Assembly (NCBI GenBank): GCA_048882505.1
Contig: JBHLRO010000059.1
Coordinates: 1 to 5,885, forward strand
DNA: 5,885 bases
Direction: 5' to 3'
DNA from: Candidatus Thorarchaeota archaeon
GTDB taxonomy: Archaea > Asgardarchaeota > Heimdallarchaeia > Hodarchaeales > Hodarchaeaceae
Shown here: positions 1-5,574 of the stretch, one piece after another
Layout: every line of letters begins with the position of its first letter
Position numbering within the stretch: position 1 is the first letter of the stretch
Notes under the pieces: model-generated
Told to the model about the DNA's origin: nothing
Database searches by the model: none
The model's input: only the letters and a program-made list of their open reading frames with translations
Made by a program: the position numbers and the translations under genes

Positions 1-69
1 ACGGATCACGGGAAAACACGGTTTGAAGCATATATCGCGCAATTTAAGCAGATGTTAAACGAATTTTGA
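1..69 (+). CDS. 3' end of a CDS entering the window (…TDHGKTRFEAYIAQFKQMLNEF*), product unknown
   Basis: Frame 1 is open from base 1 to TGA at 67-69 with protein-like composition. The stop lies 5 nt before repeat copy 1. Confidence 0.6.
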   Translation, partial: TDHGKTRFEAYIAQFKQMLNEF

Positions 70-74
70 TTGAG

Positions 75-164
75 GAGCGATCCTTTCGTCAGATCGGATT
101 AGGATGCAGGAGCCATCAAAAGCAATTGAAGCGGGAGCGGGGAAACGAAGCGGGCTGGTGTCTT
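75..164 (+). repeat. Dispersed L-spacer-R element, copy 1 (diverged)
   Basis: L 75-106 GAGCGATCCTTTCGTCAGATCGGATTAGGATG matches copy 5 L at 27/32. The purine-rich centre is 40 nt. R 147-164 GAAGCGGGCTGGTGTCTT matches GGAGCGGTCTGATGTCTG at 14/18. Confidence 0.85.
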
Positions 165-270
165 TTTGTAGTGTCTCTTTGGATATTAAGAAGGGATACT
201 TCGGTAGAAACATGTTCTTTATACAAAAGAAGGATCATACCTGAAGTCGGAATTTTGCTTGTTTAAGTAA

Positions 271-281
271 GAATTTTTAAG
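271..281 (+). promoter_or_regulatory. Possible archaeal TATA-box-like element for the TA operon
   Basis: GAATTTTTAAG lies ~50 nt upstream of the antitoxin ATG. This is a motif match only, in AT-rich DNA. Confidence 0.25.
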
Positions 282-331
282 AGATGAAATCGAGCAAGCC
301 CTCACGGCGATTAAGCAGTTGTGATAGATGA

Positions 332-523
332 ATGTCTGATGCTATCTTAAAGGAGATCTTAGAGGGAATAAACGCGTTAAAGAAGAGAATGGATCGTTTA
401 GAATGGCTTATCATGGAGGCGAAGGTTCCTGAAGTAGAGCCAACCCCTGAGGAATTAGAAATTATCAGGGAGTATGAAAAAGAAAAGGAAGAAGGGAAAT
501 TAGAGTTTTCTAAGTTTGTTTAG
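332..523 (+). CDS. Antitoxin, archaeal RelB-like (63 aa, acidic)
   Basis: Small Glu-rich protein directly upstream of a RelE-like toxin. The N-terminal coiled-coil (LKEILEGINALKKRMDRLEWLIME) followed by PEVEPTPEELEII recalls Thermococcales aRelB-type antitoxins (from memory, not a database search). GTGA SD-like motif at 321-324. Confidence 0.8.
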   Translation: MSDAILKEILEGINALKKRMDRLEWLIMEAKVPEVEPTPEELEIIREYEKEKEEGKLEFSKFV

Positions 524-532
524 GCGAATTGA

Positions 533-790
533 GTGCAGATTCTTATCTCCAGAAACGCTGAAAAGCAGCTGGAAGGGCTGCCTAAAGAAGTCCGAGCGAG
601 AATCAAAGAAATTTTTGTGATTCTGCGCGAGGAGGGGATGAGCTCAGCTATTGAGATTAGGAGGCTTCGGGGGTTGAAAGGTCATTATCGCCTTCGAATA
701 GGGAAATATCGGGTACGATTTGAATTTGAAAAACCAGATACGATTAAGATATATTGGATTGGACCAAGAAGTCAGGCATACAAGGATTAA
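533..790 (+). CDS. relE: Type II toxin-antitoxin RelE/ParE-family toxin (85 aa, GTG start)
   Basis: Family motifs: ISRNAEKQLEGLP, RLRGLKGHYRLRIGKYRV and C-terminal IGPRSQAY. Basic protein starting 9 nt after the antitoxin stop. Confidence 0.92.
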   Translation: MQILISRNAEKQLEGLPKEVRARIKEIFVILREEGMSSAIEIRRLRGLKGHYRLRIGKYRVRFEFEKPDTIKIYWIGPRSQAYKD

Positions 791-824
791 TTACAGGATT
801 TAACCTGAAATATTTCAGCTGGAT

Positions 825-1253
825 ATGGTCGATAACCTGCTTCCAGATTCTTCGTACGGGTTGATAAGGTGTTCAGTGCAACAACCAAAACAACCCTTGG
901 GCCAATTTGTCAGCGACCAGAATCATATTGCTGCCAAACTAACTGACAAGATCTGCTTTTGGAGTCTTCCAGACTTTGAAGAGCAATTCCTCTTCGATAA
1001 GGAAGAATGGATTGGTTCATATCTACTCCATGAGGGCCACTTGGTGATTGGGACAGATTGGGCCTTTGATCTTGGAGAACCATGTCAAATTGATGTCTGG
1101 CGTTTATCAGACCTCAATCGGATTACCACTTTTGGGAAATTTGAGGATGAAACGTGGGCATTTCATCTCAAGTTGTATCATGACCCTAAAACAGACAAGG
1201 TATATCAGGCTCCATTCTTCTCACCTGAGGCAAACCCTCGTTCTCAGCACTGA
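825..1253 (+). CDS. Hypothetical beta-propeller/WD40-like protein, possibly truncated by an internal TGA
   Basis: 142 aa ORF with WD-like strand ends (KICFWSLPD, QIDVWRLSD). The same frame stays open after TGA 1251-1253 until TAG 1359-1361 inside repeat copy 2. Confidence 0.55.
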   Translation: MVDNLLPDSSYGLIRCSVQQPKQPLGQFVSDQNHIAAKLTDKICFWSLPDFEEQFLFDKEEWIGSYLLHEGHLVIGTDWAFDLGEPCQIDVWRLSDLNRITTFGKFEDETWAFHLKLYHDPKTDKVYQAPFFSPEANPRSQH

Positions 1254-1332
1254 AATCAATCCTTAAAAAGGATCATCCCTATCGACAGAGAGATTTGGTG
1301 CATGATCGATGACATATTGAAAAAATCCCTAT

Positions 1333-1430
1333 TTGAAATGAGCAGTCCAATCGTCAGATAGGATTAGGAGAAAATAGAAGGACAATGGAAAGGATTGAAG
1401 GGAAAAGGAACGGTCTGATGTCTGTTGATC
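1333..1430 (+). repeat. Dispersed L-spacer-R element, copy 2
   Basis: 1333-1369 matches 5290-5326 at 34/37. The purine-rich centre is 35 nt. R 1407-1424 GGAACGGTCTGATGTCTG matches at 17/18 and is followed by TTGATC. Confidence 0.95.
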
Positions 1431-1540
1431 TTGTTTTCCTTTGGGGAGTAAATTGTCATTAAACTGGCGATCATCGCTTACCAATAAATATTCCCAATAC
1501 TCGTTCGTATAAACTTCATTTATGACATAGAAAATTCGAG

Positions 1541-1909
1541 GGAGGAAAATGAAAACTACCAAAATAGCAGATTAAAGACCCAGCTCATTTTGTCGATAGA
1601 GTATCAGCCAAGGATTTTCCAGTCACCAAATAGGATTATGGCGAATAATTATCAAGATCAGCCGAAATGTTACTGGTCGAAGTTAATCGCGTGACGGCCT
1701 TCTCTTAAACAATATCTCCAGAAAGAGGCTGTTATGTGCTAAGTATTTGATAAAACTAGATTCAAATCACCGTATGAAATAGTTCAAGAGACCCTGGTGT
1801 TTGAAAAAGAGTTCAAAGCATTAAGAAGATAAAAAACAGCATTTTGTCATGGTGGCCAATCTTTGGAACAACATTTCCTCTCTATTTGGCATACACCTTT
1901 GGTCGAAAA
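1541..1909 (+). pseudogene. Probable decayed ORF remnant
   Basis: GGAGG at 1541-1545 precedes ATG 1549, but that frame stops at 1575. Protein-like stretches interrupted by stops follow (VFDKTRFKSPYEIVQETLVFEKEFKALRR*KTAF…SPIVR*). No intact gene is present. Confidence 0.3.
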
Positions 1910-1937
1910 GAACAGTCCAATTGTCAGGTAGGATTAG
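1903..1937 (+). repeat. Left box only of the dispersed element (copy 3L)
   Basis: 1910-1937 GAACAGTCCAATTGTCAGGTAGGATTAG matches copy 2 at 25/28. No purine-rich centre or R box follows. Confidence 0.9.
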
Positions 1938-2419
1938 AAAAATCCGTCCGCGTTTGATTCAGTTTCCCGATTCAAATATTGATAACCACCCAGGATGAGA
2001 CAAAGAAACCCCAAAGCCAGTGAGACATATTTGAAAATCCCGCCAGATTCTACATCCAAATAGGTTATTGGCGCCAAATGAGTAACCGTCAGATGAAATC
2101 CCCCAATTAGCATTCGGGTAAGTGGAAACAGTAAAGCGTCTAAAAAAAATGTCAGGATGGAGGTCAGAAGACCGGAAACAATCAGAATTAAGTCGGTTTT
2201 GACCTGGAAGTAGGTCAAAAGTTGATGACGAAAAATGAGTAGAAGTCCAGCAAGCAAGGAAAAGTAAGTCGGAGCTACCAGGAACCCCCACAATATGCCG
2301 ACGCCACTGGGCGGGGGCTCAATTTTATAAAATCCCAGGGGAAGAAGCAGGGTACAACACTGAAATATCCCGATAAACGTCACAGTTATATCCATTTTAG
2401 TGGGATGGGGCACTGCCAT
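1934..2419 (-). CDS. Hypothetical integral membrane protein (~4 TM, 161 aa)
   Basis: Four long hydrophobic segments and a polar C-tail. The stop codon TAA is the complement of TTA at 1934-1936 inside copy 3L. The true start could be the second Met (MDITVT). Confidence 0.75.
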   Translation of the reverse strand: MAVPHPTKMDITVTFIGIFQCCTLLLPLGFYKIEPPPSGVGILWGFLVAPTYFSLLAGLLLIFRHQLLTYFQVKTDLILIVSGLLTSILTFFLDALLFPLTRMLIGGFHLTVTHLAPITYLDVESGGIFKYVSLALGFLCLILGGYQYLNRETESNADGFF

Positions 2420-2638
2420 TGCTTCCTCAACAGGTTATTTTGGTCATTGGTTTATTCTGAACGTATTAGAAACCGAGAGTCGCACTTCATACAGAACCGT
2501 GCCTTTTCGACGTGGGTGCTGCCCCAGGAAGGACAGAATTCAGAATCCTCAATGACACTTAAAGAGATTTTGACTTCAAGGGATGGGAAATTGATAAACG
2601 GGTTATGGAATCTGCTGCGGTTGGAATCGGAAGAAAAA

Positions 2639-2662
2639 GGAGCATTCTGATATCAGTTGATC
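2639..2662 (+). repeat. Degenerate right box of the dispersed element (copy 3R)
   Basis: GGAGCATTCTGATATCAGTTGATC matches 1407-1430 at 19/24 and is preceded by a purine run (GGAAGAAAAA), as in the other copies. Confidence 0.6.
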
Positions 2663-2736
2663 CCCTTTTTTGACCAATTAAAACAAACTTAAACACCTGC
2701 GATTTCGACGTATATCCTCAAGGTTCAAACCCATGA

Positions 2737-2991
2737 ATATCAGAATCGTTTTCCTTCCAATTCCTCAAGAATATACTTCCTCATGAGCTGTATCTAATAT
2801 TTGGAGGCTTTTTCATCTTGTTCGGCTACATGGCCATATAAAGTGGATATTCCTGGATCTATCTGATTACACTAAAAAGAAGATATCCTGCTCTATCACG
2901 AAAGGTACTTGAGTATTTACAACAGAAAACAGCTCGATTTCAGGAAGATGTGATGGATGATTCTGATACAGGAAACCCAATTGCCAGATAG
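2737..2991 (+). pseudogene. Probable disrupted small membrane-protein gene
   Basis: One frame reads ISESFSFQFLKNILPHELYLIFGGFFILFGYMAI*SGYSWIYLITLKRRYPALSRKVLEYLQQKTARFQEDVMDDSDTGNPIAR*. It has a TM-like segment, an internal TAA at 2839-2841 and a final TAG at 2989-2991 inside repeat copy 4. No start codon is evident. Confidence 0.4.
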
Positions 2992-3054
2992 TGTTAGGAT
3001 GTAAAAGAAGAGCAACAAAGGGGAGAGAGGGGAATGGGAGCGGTCTGATGTCTG
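2970..3054 (+). repeat. Dispersed L-spacer-R element, copy 4
   Basis: 2977-3001 CCAATTGCCAGATAGTGTTAGGATG matches the L core at 21/25. The centre is 35 nt. R 3037-3054 is identical to copy 5 R (18/18). Confidence 0.92.
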
Positions 3055-3057
3055 TAT

Positions 3058-3357
3058 ATGGTTATTACGAAGACGATCTTCTTAAATTTCATACTCGTAA
3101 AAATTATTCCGAAATTGGCTCTCCGCATTCTATACACCGATCTGGTAAGTCAGGGCAATATCTTGGCATATATAGATCATTCGTTTTCTAGCAACGGGGA
3201 CACGTATAGGGATTTCGTCTCGTTGGTTCATCATAGATCTTCTGGATTTTTTGCCCTAGTTTCTCCCACATTGAACGCTATTTATATAGTCTTTTCTCCT
3301 GTATTCCTTACAGCTTTCCTTACTGGAAGTGATGAAGCGGAGATCACCTTTCTGTAA
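3058..3357 (+). CDS. Hypothetical protein, 99 aa, with hydrophobic ends
   Basis: The ORF starts 3 nt after R of copy 4 and has hydrophobic N- and C-terminal segments. No family is recognised. Confidence 0.45.
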   Translation: MVITKTIFLNFILVKIIPKLALRILYTDLVSQGNILAYIDHSFSSNGDTYRDFVSLVHHRSSGFFALVSPTLNAIYIVFSPVFLTAFLTGSDEAEITFL

Positions 3358-3418
3358 ATTATCGTACGAATTTCAACCGAAATCCACGGTATTGAGGCTT
3401 CAAGGAGTTAAACTCGAA

Positions 3419-5281
3419 ATGGAGAGTCGTGAACTAAAAGGGAGAGATCTGTTGATAGTTCTACTAGCGGTTTTAATTGGAGGACCGTTAATAGGGTTTC
3501 TTGTGCCCATCCCTGGATTTGAAGGATGGGCAGTAATAATTAGCCTAGTAATAGCGCTATTACTTGAGGATCAAGAACCGCTGAAGTCATTAGGAGACTC
3601 GATTAGAAATCATCCGTACTTTACAGTTTATTTTCTAGTGATCCTCGGATTTGGAGGGGTCCAAATTTTTTACTCTCTAGAGGGGCGGATTAATGTCGAT
3701 CTTAATACTTCGCTAATCCTTTATCCCATTTACATCGTATTATTTGTAGGACCCGTATTTATAGTAATAATTCCTCGAGAAAAAAATTTGTTGGCCACTG
3801 GCGGTTTTTTCATAGGTTACGGAGTTTTAACAATCATCAACTTCCTCGCGAGCGATTTTAATGGCGCTAATCCACTTATTCTGGGAAGTATCTCATTCTT
3901 GACCGGGATGCTACTTTTCTTATATGGATTCAAATTGGATTATCCCAGCAGAAGAAAAACCATTGAAAAATGGCGAATCTCGACCCGTGTCCCTATAAGC
4001 AGAGCCCCACAGGTGCAATCGAACAGCTTTCAAAACGAACTCCATAGGTACCGCCAACTGAGCGAACAGCTTTTAAAACGAACTCCACAGGCTCAGACGC
4101 CAACACCGAGGACTTCTACACCAGCAGATGCCCTAAGTGAATTATTAACTCCAATTCTCCAACAGGCTATGGAGCAAGTCAATCCCGTTTTAAAAGTACG
4201 ACTTTCTTACGATGCTCATTACATTGTTAGCCGAAAGCAAAGAGGGCCAATTCAAATTTGGGATTTGAACTCGCAGAAACTCCTTCATGCAGTTTATCCA
4301 GATGGAGAGGAAATTACAGACATTGCCATTTCGCCAATCGATAATGAATTTGCCTATTCGACTAAAAGCGGGACAATAACCGTAATAGACATGAAAACGA
4401 AAGGCCTAGTAAAAACACTTAAACAAGATTCGTCTCAATTAATAGCAATTGCATTTTCTCCTACGAAGAAATACCTGGCTGCTGGGTTAGCATCGCATGC
4501 GATTAAAGTTTTTGAATATTCAACTGGAAATCTAATGAAAATACTGAAGGGGCACGATCCTCCAATGTTTGAAAGTATTGTTACAGCTGATTCCCCTTTT
4601 CTAGGATTACAAGCACATTTAGCCTGGGGAATGGCCTTTGACGGCAATTGTTACCTTTTAGAGTATTTTTCGGGGTCTTTGGGCCCACTTGCAGCTTTAA
4701 GTCCTACTATTTTAGAAGCACAAGCTCAAGTAAGACAAGGGGGAATCCATCCTCCTTCACTTGTTATAGCGTTTACATCAGAAGAACGGTTTCTTGTTAG
4801 TGGAGGAGCAGATGGAAATATCTGTGTTTGGGATTTCGACTCCAGTAATCTCAATTTAAAAATCAGGAGCCATATTGGCCCAATAAAAGCTATTTCCATT
4901 CCCTCAGATAACCAAACTATAGTCTCAGGGAGTATGGATGGAACCATCAGAGTTTGGAATATTCACTCGGGAGAAGCAAGAGAATATATTGGCGCAAGTA
5001 AGATTATGAGAAATTATCAACAGTCTAACACCGTATTTGCAATCAATGCGGTTAAAATTGATTCTAGTCAAAATAATGTCCTTTCTGCCGGAGCGGATAT
5101 GAAAATTGAGATTTGGAACTATCACCAACCTCAAATGAATTGGACATTAGAAGGGCACTCTTCAAGCATTGAATCCCTGGATACAAAAGGTAATATTGTT
5201 GTTTCTGGAGAATTAACTGGAAGTATTATCGTTTGGGATTTAGAAACCAGAACCAGGAAGGTTACTTTGAAAGATGAATGA
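3419..5281 (+). CDS. Membrane protein: ~6 N-terminal TM helices, Q/P/T-rich linker and ~7-blade WD40 propeller (620 aa)
   Basis: WD40 units are clear (IQIWD, LKGH…FLVSGGADGNICVWD, SH…IVSGSMDGTIRVWN, LEGH…IVVSGELTGSIIVWD). Start ATG 3419 is preferred over 3329 because AAGGAG lies at 3402-3407 and it removes the overlap with the upstream ORF. Confidence 0.9.
   Translation: MESRELKGRDLLIVLLAVLIGGPLIGFLVPIPGFEGWAVIISLVIALLLEDQEPLKSLGDSIRNHPYFTVYFLVILGFGGVQIFYSLEGRINVDLNTSLILYPIYIVLFVGPVFIVIIPREKNLLATGGFFIGYGVLTIINFLASDFNGANPLILGSISFLTGMLLFLYGFKLDYPSRRKTIEKWRISTRVPISRAPQVQSNSFQNELHRYRQLSEQLLKRTPQAQTPTPRTSTPADALSELLTPILQQAMEQVNPVLKVRLSYDAHYIVSRKQRGPIQIWDLNSQKLLHAVYPDGEEITDIAISPIDNEFAYSTKSGTITVIDMKTKGLVKTLKQDSSQLIAIAFSPTKKYLAAGLASHAIKVFEYSTGNLMKILKGHDPPMFESIVTADSPFLGLQAHLAWGMAFDGNCYLLEYFSGSLGPLAALSPTILEAQAQVRQGGIHPPSLVIAFTSEERFLVSGGADGNICVWDFDSSNLNLKIRSHIGPIKAISIPSDNQTIVSGSMDGTIRVWNIHSGEAREYIGASKIMRNYQQSNTVFAINAVKIDSSQNNVLSAGADMKIEIWNYHQPQMNWTLEGHSSSIESLDTKGNIVVSGELTGSIIVWDLETRTRKVTLKDE
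4020..4091 (+). repeat. 29 bp direct duplication with period 43 nt in the WD40-gene linker
   Basis: 4020-4048 CGAACAGCTTTCAAAACGAACTCCATAGG and 4063-4091 CGAACAGCTTTTAAAACGAACTCCACAGG match at 27/29. Confidence 0.95.
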
Positions 5282-5289
5282 AAACCGTG

Positions 5290-5380
5290 TTGAAACGAGC
5301 GGTCCAATCGTCTGATAGGATTAGGATGAAATTAAAGAACAGTCAAAGGAATAGAGCGGAAAGGAGCGGTCTGATGTCTG
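5290..5380 (+). repeat. Dispersed L-spacer-R element, copy 5
   Basis: L 5290-5328 is TTGAAACGAGCGGTCCAATCGTCTGATAGGATTAGGATG. The centre is 34 nt. R 5363-5380 is GGAGCGGTCTGATGTCTG. The element starts 8 nt after the WD40 stop. Confidence 0.95.
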
Positions 5381-5428
5381 GTTACGACCAAAAGCGAGTA
5401 TTCCAAGGGCCAGGAAGGTGGGATTTAA

Positions 5429-5551
5429 AATGAATATGTATTCATACAAGGAGCGGTAGCTTTGAGATCTCGTGGGGGCTGGTCTTCGGAAAATTATGGT
5501 TATGCGTACTGGGATAACGTTCGAATTTCTCAGTTTCCCACGGCAGGTTAA
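5429..5551 (+). pseudogene. Possible orphan 3' gene fragment (beta-sandwich-like C-terminus)
   Basis: NEYVFIQGAVALRSRGGWSSENYGYAYWDNVRISQFPTAG* has no start codon. The G-x-x-A-L-R…(F/W)DNVRI pattern recalls the end of ConA-like/DUF1080 domains (judged by eye). Confidence 0.3.
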
Positions 5552-5574
5552 TTAGGTTAATAAAGTGAGAAAGC

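Noticed and set aside
66-266. 66 aa + strand ORF
   Set aside because: It runs through repeat copy 1 with a TTG start and a non-protein-like composition.
1048-1266. 72 aa + strand ORF
   Set aside because: It is an alternative frame overlapping the more protein-like 825-1253 ORF.
1333-1430. Canonical integron attC
   Set aside because: GTCCAAT and GTTGATC resemble core sites, but the box spacing is wrong, L''/L' pairing is absent, GTT is not conserved across copies, and the purine-only centre cannot form the hairpin.
1329-1562. Minus-strand ORF, and the idea that the repeat encodes a QTSDRS…LILSDDWTA peptide
   Set aside because: The L and R frames are out of register in copies 1 and 5, and copy 4 has no start codon in that frame. 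The hydrophobicity follows from the pyrimidine-rich strand.
1959-2291. 110 aa minus-strand ORF
   Set aside because: It is nested in another frame of the 161 aa membrane gene.
2405-2650. 81 aa + strand ORF
   Set aside because: It overlaps the start of the divergent gene and has no recognisable features. A competing frame looks equally protein-like, so it cannot be supported.
4435-5134. Three minus-strand ORFs (4435-4647, 4726-4947, 4925-5134)
   Set aside because: They are antisense shadows of the WD40 gene.
75-5380. CRISPR array (conserved repeats, ~35 nt variable centres, TTGAAAC motif)
   Set aside because: The two flanking boxes differ, the centres are homologous to each other, the copies are 0.5-2.3 kb apart, and no cas genes are present.
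1251-5428. Stop-codon recoding or selenocysteine to explain the interrupted frames
   Set aside because: The internal stops are mixed (TGA 1251, TAA 1830, 2839 and 5426), and intact genes here end in TAG, TAA and TGA.
5448-5457. AAGGAGCGGT match to the R box; also ATAGGATTA at 1630-1638 and ATGTCTG at 332-338
   Set aside because: These 7-10 nt matches lack the rest of the element and are compatible with chance.
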